Notes: generated by a model not told the origin, from the letters alone. Shown: positions 25,955 through 37,849, counted from the whole stretch's first letter. The stretch is DNA of 63,408 nt, filler included, from Octopus bimaculoides (GCF_001194135.2; 9 parts of 9 records of this genome joined end to end with filler, not necessarily neighbours in it), one strand, 5' to 3'. Translations and numbers: made by a program.

Positions 25955-26467
25955 GTATGTATTGATATTTCCCTTTTCAATTTTAAAACTGATTTCAACT
26001 TAACACTATGGTTAATCTCTTTCAGCTATTCTCCAGGGCATCTGCGCATAAATTGAACCCCATCGCATGTGCATTTCAGTTTAATCACGTGGCGTGTGCA
26101 TTTAGCAGTAGGCATGGGAAATTAGTTGTAGGGTTTTATTCAGCTTTATATAACGATACAAAATAATATGTGGACAGCTAAAATCAGAAAGGAGAAAGCT
26201 AATTCGAAGACTACATGGATTTGTAGAGGGATTGGCTTGCAAACCCTCTGTATCCCAATACGATGGGGTCGCACCTTGCTTGTCAGCCATTGCTTTAGCA
26301 TAACTCCACTAGCTAAGCATATTTCCTCCTCTTACGCTCGTTAGCCTCCTCGATGCGGCTCTCCAGGGAACAGAGAGTTCTAACAGAGCCGCTTGCTTCG
26401 GTGCATCTGAGATCAGCTTCATATCCAACGCCAGTGATGTTAATGCGATAAACTTATCTTAAGAACC

Positions 26468-26707
26468 AAACAAGGCTGCGAGCTGGCAGAAACGTTAGCG
26501 CCCCGGGCGAAATGCTTAACGGTATTTCGTCTGCCGTTACGTTCTGAGTTCAAATTCTGCCGAGGTCGACTTTGCCTTTCATCCTTTCGGGGTCGATAAA
26601 TTAAGTACCAGTTGCGCACTGGGGTCGATGTAATCGACTTAATCCCCTTTGTCTGTCCTTGTTTGTTCCCTCTATGTTTAGCCCCTTGTGGATAATAAAG
26701 TAACAAG
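26468..26707 (+). mobile_element. SINE with GCCTTTCATCCTTTCGGGGTCGATAA (Nin/Deu-like) core and 18-bp TSD, in GPCR intron 2
   Basis: AAACTTATCTTAAGAACC at 26450-26467 and 26708-26725. Body homologous to 43992, 33441 and 61058. The domain name is from memory. Confidence 0.82.
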
Positions 26708-26846
26708 AAACTTATCTTAAGAACCGATCCAAGCTTTCAATCGTCTTCGTTCCGATAGGCAGGGCGTATGTAGCTCGATAGGTATTAGGCTGTTATTTCT
26801 AGGGAACCATGTAACCACTTAGGGACTACTTATTATTATTATTATT

Positions 26847-27056
26847 CAGTAGTTTTATTTTTATAGCGTGCCTTCACTTCACTACCGAGCGCAGCTCTGT
26901 GTGCTTTGGGTATGTGCTGTGGTTTGCTGTGGTGCTCTTATGGTTACTGTATTGAAAGTGTTTTGCGTAGAATATGTGCAGTACCCAGTAGTGCAATTTT
27001 CTGTATGTTATATATACTTGTAAGTCCTGGTGTTTTTGTTATGTATTTGTCTGAAT
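26847..27056 (-). mobile_element. 5'-truncated R4/Dong-like element inside an (ATT)n microsatellite in GPCR intron 2
   Basis: Minus strand encodes NNSDKYITKTPGLTSIYNIQKIALLGTAHILRKTLSIQ*. (TAT)n tracts lie on both sides. Confidence 0.72.
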
Positions 27057-27904
27057 TATTATTATTATCATTATTATTATTATTATTATTATTTTATGTT
27101 TGACTTTTGTTTTGCATTTGTNNNNNNNNNNNNNNNNNNNNNNNNNNNNNNNNNNNNNNNNNNNNNNNNNNNNNNNNNNNNNNNNNNNNNNNNNNNNNNN
27201 NNNNNNNNNNNNNNNNNNNNNNNNNNNNNNNNNNNNNNNNNNNNNNNNNNNNNNNNNNNNNNNNNNNNNNNNNNNNNNNNNNNNNNNNNNNNNNNNNNNN
27301 NNNNNNNNNNNNNNNNNNNNNNNNNNNNNNNNNNNNNNNNNNNNNNNNNNNNNNNNNNNNNNNNNNNNNNNNNNNNNNNNNNNNNNNNNNNNNNNNNNNN
27401 NNNNNNNNNNNNNNNNNNNNNNNNNNNNNNNNNNNNNNNNNNNNNNNNNNNNNNNNNNNNNNNNNNNNNNNNNNNNNNNNNNNNNNNNNNNNNNNNNNNN
27501 NNNNNNNNNNNNNNNNNNNNNNNNNNNNNNNNNNNNNNNNNNNNNNNNNNNNNNNNNNNNNNNNNNNNNNNNNNNNNNNNNNNNNNNNNNNNNNNNNNNN
27601 NNNNNNNNNNNNNNNNNNNNNNNNNNNNNNNNNNNNNNNNNNNNNNNNNNNNNNNNNNNNNNNNNNNNNNNNNNNNNNNNNNNNNNNNNNNNNNNNNNNN
27701 NNNNNNNNNNNNNNNNNNNNNNNNNNNNNNNNNNNNNNNNNNNNNNNNNNNNNNNNNNNNNNNNNNNNNNNNNNNNNNNNNNNNNNNNNNNNNNNNNNNN
27801 NNNNNNNNNNNNNNNNNNNNNNNNNNNNNNNNNNNNNNNNNNNNNNNNNNNNNNNNNNNNNNNNNNNNNNNNNNNNNNNNNNNNNNNNNNNNNNNNNNNN
27901 NNNN

Positions 27905-27942
27905 ATTATTATTATTATTATTATTTATTGTTATTATTATTA

Positions 27943-27981
<39 letters not shown>

Positions 27982-27989
27982 TATTATTA

Positions 27990-28065
<76 letters not shown>

Positions 28066-28107
28066 TATTATTATTATTCATTTATTTATTATTATTATTA
28101 TTTATTA

Positions 28108-28163
<56 letters not shown>

Positions 28164-28214
28164 CATTATTATCATTATTATTATTATTATTATTATTATC
28201 ATTATTATTATTTA
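27905..28214. repeat. (ATT)n microsatellite running up to the exon 3 acceptor
   Basis: About 310 bp of imperfect ATT repeats immediately before gtttcag. Confidence 0.95.
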
Positions 28215-28223
28215 TTGTTTCAG

Positions 28224-28756
28224 ATGGCAAAGTTTGGGTATGTAACCACTACACGTGGTCGACCGGTGCTGGGCCAGACAAGTCGATGGAATTTTCCCGT
28301 AACGAATTTGAAAACCATCTACTGACCCTTGTCTATGTTATGTTTCTGATACTCCTTACAACAGGGGTATCAATGAAGGCTCATGGCATCGTCACCAATC
28401 ACCGAGAGAGCATCTTCATCGGGCTGTCGGCCGGGCTGAGCATACCGCTCTGGGTAGCTTGGGGACTCATCGGGGGATTGAACCGAACGTCGCCTTTTTC
28501 CTCCCAATATGGGGACGCCTGTATCGCATTCGGTCTGTTCTTGAACGCGACGTTGATCCTTTTCGCCATGTTCTTGCCGAAAGTACGACAGTTGGTCAAC
28601 ATGGGACTGGAAGGTGTTTATCTGGAAGACGACAGGGATACCGCCTACGCCGAGTCGGTGATCAGTTACAAAACCGGTTATCGGAGCAACGTTGGACCTT
28701 TCATGAACGGTGGGGGTTCGATTTACAACGGATCTGTAAAGGACCCAAGTAAGTAA
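28224..28756 (+). CDS. Class C GPCR coding exon 3: ECL2, TM5-TM7 and C-terminal tail
   Basis: Acceptor gtttcag|AT completes GAT (Asp) with the phase-1 donor. ECL2 Cys (VWVCNH), ICL3 NHRES (mGluR FNEAK equivalent), TM6 IPLWVAW, TM7 FLPKV (class C xPKx motif). Stop TAA at 28754-28756, although a GTAAGT donor at 28749 could extend the gene. Confidence 0.9.
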
Positions 28757-28984
28757 TGAAAACGCTTGATCTTCGTTTAATTTATCGGGTTATTCTCTTA
28801 CGCCTTCATTTGAACTCTTACCCACATTAAGTAACTCCAGCTGTTTTATTGATCATACTAGTACAACGCTCTCTCATAGACTCACCATGCGTTTACGACA
28901 AGGAGTAATCACAGCTTATTATACCACACACCATACAGTGAAGTTAGATAGAAAAAAATACTAGTAGACAATACATCCATACTA

Positions 28985-29434
28985 TCTTTTACTTATTTCA
29001 ATTATTTGATTACGGTCATGTTGGAGCACCGTCTAGAAATTTTATTCGAATGTACCAACCCCATTACTTTTATATTTTAAAAGCCTGGTACTTACTTTAC
29101 TGGTATCTTTTGCCACTACGTTACGGGGACGTAAACACACCAAGACCAGTTGTCAAGCGGTGATGAGAGACAGACACACACAAAGACACACACACACATG
29201 TATATATATANNNNNNNNNNNNNNNNNNNNNNNNNNNNNNNNNNNNNNNNNNNNNNNNNNNNNNNNNNNNNNNNNNNNNNNNNNNNNNNNNNNNNNNNNN
29301 NNNNNNNNNNNNNNNNNNNNNNNNNNNNNNNNNNNNNNNNNNNNNNNNNNNNNNNNNNNNNNNNNNNNNNNNNNNNNNNNNNNNNNNNNNNNNNNNNNNN
29401 NNNNNNNNNNNNNNNNNNNNNNNNNNNNNNNNNN

Positions 29435-29469
<35 letters not shown>

Positions 29470-29630
29470 CACACACGGCGAGCTTCTTTCAGTTTCCTCC
29501 TACCAAATCCACTCACAAGGCTTTGGTCGGCCCGAGGCTATAGTAGAAAACACTTGCCCGAGGTGCCCCACAGTGAGACTGAACCCTGAGTCATGTAGTC
29601 AGGTAACAAGCTTCTTGCCACACAGCCACA
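28985..29630 (-). mobile_element. Bipartite SINE with the internal microsatellite collapsed into a gap
   Basis: Both modules match 15012-15444. The gap at 29211-29434 is flanked by (TA)n. Confidence 0.72.
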
Positions 29631-29990
29631 ATTTCTGCAGAAAATCTTTAAAGACAACCTTATCACGTGATGTAATAGCACTGCTAACATAGTAGAACAT
29701 GGTATTGACTTATAAAACTGTTCAATATACTTTGCATTATTTTATGGTTGCATAACGAAATACGTGCGTACCAGCCGCCAGAAATGTATTTAATATGTAA
29801 AAATGGCATATTCAATAATATTACAACGCTATATAACTCCCGACAAAAATTACACTACGAATCGTGAAAGCTGTACTCATGTTGCAACACATAGCTGAAA
29901 TAAACACCCGATCAAAATGCACACACATACATACAATATAGGATATATACATATGTACATCCATGTATTATTTTGTGTGTGTGTGAATGA

Positions 29991-30028
<38 letters not shown>

Positions 30029-30248
30029 GTAATAATAATATTAGGGATAAAAATCCAAATTTACAGGTAAAAACTCAATCAAATTAAGTTTCACAGTATA
30101 AAATTTACTTTATGATATTTAATTTATGATATTTATATTTACTTTGTANNNNNNNNNNNNNNNNNNNNNNNNNNNNNNNNNNNNNNNNNNNNTTAATTAA
30201 TTAANNNNNNNNNNNNNNNNNNNNNNNNNNNNNNNNNNNNNNNNNNNN

Positions 30249-31449
30249 GTGTAAACAAGTAGGGAGGCATCAGATGTCATTCATTGCTAACAATCCCTTA
30301 AACCATGACAATTGCAGGAAATTTTGCATTCATAACACTTAGAACTTCAGAAGAGTCTTCTGAAGAGTCTTCAACAACTGCTTCCATATGAGATTTAAAT
30401 TATCTGTATGCCCGAATCNNNNNNNNNNATATGAGATTTAAATTATCTGTATGCCCGAATCAAGTGGTCCTGGTTCATGTAGTAGTTCAATGGATTGAGA
30501 TGTGGGGAATTAAGAGGCCAAATGCTAGAAGTTATCTGAGGAGGAAAATTTTCAGTCATCCATACCTGTGATACTAGTGCCATGTGTGATAGTGCAGAGT
30601 CTTACTGAAACATGTATGGCCTTCCATTNNNNNNNNNNNNNNNNNNGGGCTTAACAAATATTTCCAGGACCTCAATGTAGGCGGCAGAGTTAACGCAAAG
30701 GCGTTGTGTAAAATAGTAGGGAGGCATCAGATGTCATTCATTGCTAACAATCCCTAAAACCATGNNNNNNNNNNNNNNNNNNNNNNNNNNNNNNNNNNNN
30801 NNNNNNNNNNNNNNNNNNNNNNNNNNNNNNNNNNNNNNNNNNNGTAGGGAGGCATCAGATGTCATTCATTGCTAACAATCCCTAAAACCATGACAGTTGC
30901 AGGAAATTTTGCATGCATAACATTCAGAACTTCAGAAGGGTTTTCACATAACCATCCGTCATTTCTTCTGTAAACTTTTTGATCTTGGTCGACGTTTATC
31001 TCGTTTGAGAAAAACCAAATCTTCTACTGGATTTTTCAGTTTGTTTAAGAACCTTTTAGATCTGTTGTAGTGATTTNNNNNNNNNNNNNNNNNNNNNNNN
31101 NNNNNNNNNNNNNNNNNNNNNNNNNNNNNNNNNNNNNNNNNNNNNNNNNNNNNNNNNNNNNNNNNNNNNNNNNNNNNNNNNNNNNNNNNNNNNNNNNNNN
31201 NNNNNNNNNNNNNNNNNNNNNNNNNNNNNNNNNGGGTATTCTGATAATTTCAGAGGGTTTAGAATACTTTTTATGCTTTGATACTGGTGATACGCTTCCA
31301 CCTTCAGTCTGTAGCTCCTTATAAACTTTGTAGACAAAAGATCTGGCAACTTTTAAAGAGTGTGATATTTCAAAATCGCTATGCCCAACTTTTATACCCA
31401 CAATCCTAGCATGTCTGTTCGTTTCTTGAGTAAGCTGAGGGTCTGCCAT
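30249..31449 (-). mobile_element. Tc1/mariner-superfamily (maT/DD37D-like) transposase fossil, deleted and partly duplicated
   Basis: Minus strand: N-terminal HTH (ARSFVYKV), WLCENPSEV..VMHAKFPATVMVLGIVSNE*HLMPP, YIEVL, GRPYMFQ*DSA, WPLNSPHLNPLNY. Confidence 0.68.
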
Positions 31450-33440
31450 TATTATTTTCTGCAGCAATGACTCCAAAAAATGTATGCCCTCAAATACTTT
31501 ACGCACCCTAAATACAGCAATTCTCATAACCAACCTCTCAATAATGGATAAGAGTATCCTTTGCTGAACAAGTGTAATATGGTTGACATATGCAGATTGT
31601 TGTTGCTCGTAGTTGGCAAATTCAGTAAGTAGGCTATGATTATCCTCATCGCATGTGTAATTAATCAATGACATATATACTCCTATTACAATGAGCATAA
31701 TGGCATAACGATCATTCTTGATTTTTACATGGATCTCGTTCTGGTTATCTTCGTAAAGTCATTACCGAAAGAAGAGTTAGGTCTATTTATAATGTATGGA
31801 AAATTATAAAGCTAACTAGAAATAATTCTGCTATAATGTAAAAAGAATGTTTAATAGCAAATAATGTTTCTCTTGTCACACACACANNNNNNNNNNNNNN
31901 NNNNNNNNNNNNNNNNNNNNNNNNNNNNNNNNNNNNNNNNNNNNNNNNNNNNNNNNNNNNNNNNNNNNNNNNNNNNNNNNNNNNNNNNNNNNNNNNNNNN
32001 NNNNNNNNNNNNNNNNNNNNNNNNNNNNNNNNNNNNNNNNNNNNNNNNNNNNNNNNNNNNNNNNNNNNNNNNNNNNTCGCATTTTGGTTTATGTTTGTTA
32101 AAGTAAGATAGCCATATATTTTGTTGCCAAGTGTTCTTTCGGAGATCCCTGTTGTTATGGTGTTATCATTCAAAAACCATTCATATTTGGTGTAGAGCGA
32201 TGTCCTGTTTGAGAAGCAGGAAAACGTTATGTTGCTAAAGCTGTNNNNNNNNNNTGTTTGAGAAGCAGGAAAACGTTATGTTGCTAAAGCTGTGCATTAT
32301 TACGCCCACTCCATCAAGTAAAGATGCATTTACTGAAAATGTGAGAAAATATAGAAGAATGTTCTAAGAAGAATGGTAAATATTGGTATTGNNNNNNNNN
32401 NTCTAAGAAGAATGGTAAATATTGGTATTGTGCATGAATAGGAAAGAAGAATTACAATCATTATTTTTTCTCAATTTGTTTCGGTATATTCTTTGCTTCG
32501 TAAAAAATGTAAATTTATGTCAAAGATACGAACCTGCGAGTGCACGAATCACGTTTTCTTGGATGATTCCACGCTGACCATTATAATTGGCAAAACAGAN
32601 NNNNNNNNNNNNNNNNNNNNNNNNNNNNNNNNNNNNNNNNNNNTTAATTAATTAANNNNNNNNNNNNNNNNNNNNNNNNNNNNNNNNNNNNNNNNNNNNT
32701 GTATAAATGTGTGTGTGTATTTTATTCATATATATGTATATATATATGCTTATATGTATATTTACAGAGTATATCATAAATTCACACCTAATTTCTAACT
32801 TTTACAAATATTTTCTGTAGTATAAGAAACAAAAGCCAGAACTACAAAATCTATGTTAACATACAGAACACAAGGAAAATATATTTAATATATATTACAT
32901 TTCATTTAAGTAAGGTGTTGAAAATGTCTAGCAACTTTTTTTTTAATAACACCATATAAGATGAAGAATTTAATTTTCTATTTCAACTATACATCAGGTG
33001 ACAGCTCGGATATTGTGGTTTATGTGTGTTGTTTTAATTTGAGCTTCTTTGTCATTGTTGTTGTTGTTATTTGATGGTGGTGGTGGTGTTGGTAATGGTA
33101 GTGGTGGTGTTGAACTCTGGGTGAGCCTGTCTTAAATGAATTTGTTATTTCTTAGAGATATTCGACTGCTATTGATAGTTTACTCATGTGAGGTTGTGAG
33201 CTAGCAGAATTGTTAGTATGCCAGACAAAATGCTCAGCATAATAGCTTCCACCTCCTTAAATTCTGAGCTCAAATGCCACTGAGGTCAACTTTGTCTCGC
33301 ATCCTTTTGTTGGGGGTCAATAAAATAAGGTACCAGTTAAGCACCAGAATTGATGTACTCAGCACCATCTCACTTCAAAATAACTGACCTTGTGTCAAAA
33401 TTAGAAAGAGTTGATAACTTACTATTATAAGCAAAGATAT

Positions 33441-33639
33441 AAGGCAGAATCGTTAGCACGCTGGACGAAATGCTTAGTGGTATTTCGCCTATCACTGTGC
33501 TCTGAGTTCAAATTCCACTGAGGTTGGCTTTGCCTTTCATTCTTTTGGATTCGATAAATTAAGTACCAGTTGAGCACTGGAATCAGTGTAATCGACTCTC
33601 CTCTCCAAAACTGCTGCCCTTGTGACAAAATTTGAAACC
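33441..33639 (+). mobile_element. Same SINE family with 17-bp TSD; a more decayed copy lies just upstream (~33190-33410)
   Basis: ATTATAAGCAAAGATAT at 33424-33440 and 33640-33656. Confidence 0.75.
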
Positions 33640-33678
33640 ATTATAAGCAAAGATATTTCAAAATATTTGTCATAGACA

Positions 33679-34080
33679 CAAGCCTGGCAGTGGTGGTAAG
33701 AAGCTTGCTTCCCAACCACTTGTTTCAGGGTTCAGTCCCACTGCATGTCATCTTGCACAAGTGTCTTCTATTGTTAACTTTGAGCCGACCAAAGCCTTGT
33801 GAGTGGATTTGGTAGATGGAAACTGAAAGAAGCCCATTGAACATATGTATATATCTATACCTTTGTGTCTGTGTTTGTCTCCCACCACTACCACTGTTTG
33901 ACAACTGATGTTTGAGTGTTTATGTCCCTGTAACTTAGAAGTTCAGCAAAAGGCATTGAAACAATGAGTACCATGCTTAAAAGAAAATTATGTACTGGAG
34001 CTGATACATTCAACTAAAAGAAATTCCTAAAGGTAGTGCCCCAGCATGGCCACAGTCTAAGGAGTAAAACAAGTAAAAGC
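33679..34080 (+). mobile_element. Bipartite SINE, diverged full-length copy
   Basis: Head GGTGGTAAGAAGCTTGCTTCCCAACCAC, short TA/TG spacer, tail ending CAGCATGGCCACAGTC...AAACAAGTAAAA. Confidence 0.72.
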
Positions 34081-34671
34081 AAAAAACAAATAGATAAATA
34101 ATTCATATAATTTTACTGAATTCTAATTCTTTAATTTCATGAAATTTTAAGATATACCTCCCTCCTATCATTTTTTTGTTTACGTAGCTAATGTAACTTC
34201 ATAATTTATTTCATGTAAATAATTATTATATACTTATATAACTAAATTAATTTCCAACCATTTTCCTGACATATTTAATTATAACAATCAATCTCAGCTT
34301 ACTTTGACTCTGTGATATGAATCAAATTAGGCAATTTATGCTTTAAATTAATTTTTGCCATTTTTAACAATAAAACATGTAGATAACAGCAACAGCACTT
34401 AGGCTTATCATTTCTTACCCCTTCCTCTGGAGATGTTCTTTCATTCCCTCCCTTTGCCTCTCACACGCAGTATCTATCTCATTTAAGTAATCTCCCTCTC
34501 TGTATATTTATCTGTGATACTCCTACTGCAACCTCCATTGTCTTGCCTACCATTGTTTTGCAATTCATCTTTTCTGATACATTCTTACTTCTTCACTCTA
34601 TATTTCTCCCATTAACAAATTTAAATGTTTAAATATAGCCAATTAGGCAAATTGTCTGCTACAGTTGCTGT

Positions 34672-34722
34672 ATCTGCCAGATCATGTGATTTCATCCTGT
34701 TTTGGGCTCATCAGTGGCAGAT
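34672..34722 (-). ncRNA. Type I hammerhead ribozyme (lower-coordinate copy of the 340-nt direct-repeat pair)
   Basis: Minus strand reads ATCTGCCA-CTGATGA-GCCC-aaaaca-GGAT-GAAA-TC-acat-GATC|TGGCAGAT. Stem I is a perfect 8 bp, the core is intact, stem II is weak (G-U, C.A mismatch), and the AUC cleavage site is at 34680. Confidence 0.62.
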
Positions 34723-35011
34723 GTCATGTAGAGACATAACAGCTGAATTTTACTGACAACAAAAAATAGAATTTCAGTGTCTTTTTAAGCACTGATGTCG
34801 CAAATAGTTAGCAAACTTACTACAAAATAATTAATAGTGACAGAAGCAGTATTGATACTAAAAGGTAATCTTTATATCCTATCTAATGTGTATATTTTGT
34901 TAGAACACTGAATACTGCATTATTTACCCAGAGAAAACCTCTCATATAAACATGTGGTGCATAAAAGCACTTGTATTTACATCATTGACAGATATCTGCT
35001 ACAGCTGCTAG

Positions 35012-35062
35012 AATTGCCAGATCATGTGATTTTGTCCAGTTATGGGCTCGTCAGAGGCAGAT
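35012..35062 (-). ncRNA. Degenerate type I hammerhead (second copy of the pair)
   Basis: Homologous to 34672-34722 at an offset of exactly 340 nt. Core CTGACGA, stem II GCCCA-taac-TGGAC, but G12 is replaced by A (AAAA for GAAA) and stem I has mismatches. Confidence 0.5.
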
Positions 35063-35315
35063 GTCCAGTACCAACATAACAGTTGGTACAAATGTACAAA
35101 ATCAATAATTGATATATTATATTTAACCAAGAAATGAAAATTAAGAAAACAATTATGAAGATAAAGAAAACAATTGTGTGCTATATCCAATATTTATGCA
35201 TGAAAACTATCAAAGTGCCTTCTGAGGCAAGTATGGGTGTATATGTCACTAAAAAAGTTAGTGAATTACTTGGTTTATAAACCTATATTATCAAAGTTGA
35301 AAGCCAATTTTATTT

Positions 35316-35699
35316 GGCACGTAGAAAGCACCATTCAAGTGTGGTTGATGCAGTGCTACCTGACTGGTCCTGTCCTAGTGGCACGTAAAAAGCACCATTT
35401 GAGTGTGGTCATTGCCAGTGCCGCCTGGCTGGCCCCCATGCCAGTGGCAAGTAAAAAGCACCATTCAAGGATGGCCAATGCCAGTACTGCCTAACTGGCC
35501 CTCATGCAGGTGGCACATAAAAAGCTCACTCTACACTCTCGAAGTGGTTGGCATTAGGAAGGGCATCCAGCTGTAGAAACATTGCCAGATTGGGTTGGAG
35601 CCTGGTGCAGCCTTCTGGCTTGCCAGCCCTCAGTTAAACCATTCAACCCATGCCAGCATGGAAAGCAGACGTTAAACGATGACGACGATGATGATGATG
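35316..35699 (+). mobile_element. Retroposon 3' region with three ~65-bp tandem units and a (GAT)n tail
   Basis: GGCAC/AGTAAAAAGCACCATT units start at 35316, 35380 and 35446, with a partial unit at 35512. Then TTAGGAAGGGCATCCAGCTGTAGAAAC and a GATGAT tail. Confidence 0.6.
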
Positions 35700-36255
35700 T
35701 TTCATTATACCAAGTTTTTGAACCCATTTAAAAAAAAAAACTAAACCAAACTAACAAAAAAAAAAAAGACTTGCATCATTTTCCCCCCAAAAGCTATGAA
35801 TAAATATTCATGTCATTCTCACAATCAACCATTCTCTTGATATAACATCAAACTTGAACAATTCCCTATACTACCCAAATCTGTAAGCAGAATGAAATGC
35901 TAAATTGTATAAACACTCTTTAAATATTACAAACGATTTGTTTAAAAACATTTCAATAAGGTTATCTAACATTTCTGCCAATAAAGAGTATTTTAATGTT
36001 GCTTTCAATAGTACAATGGGGCCCTCAGCGAGCCTAGTTAACAAAAAATATATACGTATATATGATATATGAGTGTGTGTATGTGTATGTGTGTGTGTAT
36101 TCTTTTATTTTTTTACTTGTTTGAGTCATTTGACTGTGGCTTTGCTGCATATAAGTGTATATAAATTTGTATATATATGAATATATNNNNNNNNNNNNNN
36201 NNNNNNNNNNNNNNNNNNNNNNNNNNNNNNNNNNNNNNNNNNNNNNNNNNNNNNN

Positions 36256-36292
<37 letters not shown>

Positions 36293-36450
36293 TTATGTAA
36301 TGTACTGTTCTGAGATCGTAATATACATATATATATGTGTATATATATATATAGGGAGAATTCACAAAAAACAACAGACGAAGACAGGTGGTGCAAAAAA
36401 CAAATAGATGTATTAATATAACACTCGGGAATTGATATATATATATATAT

Positions 36451-36625
36451 AGGTGTAGGCGTGGTTGTGCTGTATGTAGTAAGAAGCTTGCTTCCCAACA
36501 AAATGGATCTGGTTTCAGTCACACTGTGTGGTTCCTGGTGCAAGTGTCTTCTACAATACCCTTGAGCTGACCAAAGCCTTGGGAGTGGATTTGGTAGATG
36601 GAAACTGAAAGAAGCCTATCATATA
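36451..36625 (+). mobile_element. Bipartite SINE head module
   Basis: Homologous to 16140-16290 and 33679-33840. Confidence 0.65.
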
Positions 36626-37022
36626 TATATGCATATATCTATGTATGTGTGGTCTTTGTGTCAATGCTTGTTTCTCTTTTGCCAAACCATTAAGCTGTAA
36701 AACCATAAACATACTAACACTGGTTGGCAAGGGAGGGTGAGGGGACAAACACAAAGACATACACACATATAGACACCTATAATGATATATGTGTATATAA
36801 ATACGTATATATGAGTATATAAATATGTATATATGTGTGAATATAAATATGTGTATATTGTGTCTCATAGCTAGTTAGAGGTGATGGCCTCTTGGAACTA
36901 ATCAACGGCAGCATTCGTCCTATTTTCCTGCACTGCCATGTTAGCTTGGCGATAACTATTAATATCTAGTACTGCTGCCGTAGTCTCCTTTAGAGAGATT
37001 TAGAAATATTAATATTTCTATA

Positions 37023-37593
37023 TACACACAGACATGCAGGAAGTAAATAGAGACCTTTAATTTTCAAAATTTCTGATCTAAGCCTCTTAATATGTTTTCA
37101 GCAGTGTAGAATTTACAATGTAATTATTCTTTTTCATTCCGGGTGCCATTATATTAGACATTTGTGAAGAGTAACCATGCCATGCACAAAAAATTTAGCG
37201 CAACTGTCAGATTTTCAAAGAGGTTGTATTGTTGGGCAATCTGAGGCTGGTCTTAGCCAGCAAAAACTTGCTGAAAATCTTCAAATTCCCCTTGCTACTG
37301 TTAATAGAATTATAGAGCAATTCAAAAGCCAAGGAAAAGAATCAACACATTCTTGTCCCACCTGAGCTGGGCCCTTGGAAAGGAAGTTTCACTGTTTGAA
37401 GAGAATTGTAGAAAATGAACCTCGTTTGAAGGCTTCTAACACTGCAAAACAGCTAGAAGTTAGTCCAAGAATGTGTGTTGCATATCTGCATGGATGGGCA
37501 GCTAGAAGAAAACCTCTCCTTCAACAAATTAATATCAAATAAAAGATTTTGAAAATTAAAGGTGTCTGTTTACTTCCTGAATGTCTGTGTGTG
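37023..37593 (+). mobile_element. Internally deleted Tc1-like element with ~48-bp TIRs
   Basis: Left TACACACAGACATGCAGGAAGTAAATAGAGACCTTTAATTTTCAAAAT matches the reverse complement of ~37546-37595. The interior encodes the [14 protein letters not shown]...TVNRII and ARRKPLL. Confidence 0.78.
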
Positions 37594-37809
37594 TACGNNN
37601 NNNNNNNNNNNNNNNNNNNNNNNNNNNNNNNNNNNNNNNNNTTAATTAATTAANNNNNNNNNNNNNNNNNNNNNNNNNNNNNNNNNNNNNNNNNNNNATA
37701 GGCGAGCCAGACCATCATCTTCCCTCATACCGAAGGGTTTGGTAAAAATTATTAATTATTAATTTATTAATAAATTAATAAATCGATAATCCTTTACCCT
37801 TTTTAATTG

Positions 37810-37849
<40 letters not shown>

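Noticed and set aside
23162-28756. Assigning a GRM/mGluR gene symbol
   Set aside because: The ligand residues, the 9-Cys domain and the FNEAK motif are not conserved, so orthology cannot be claimed without a phylogeny.
35316-35530. CRISPR-like repeat-spacer appearance
   Set aside because: The context is eukaryotic, the whole units are homologous with no unique spacers, and there are no cas genes.
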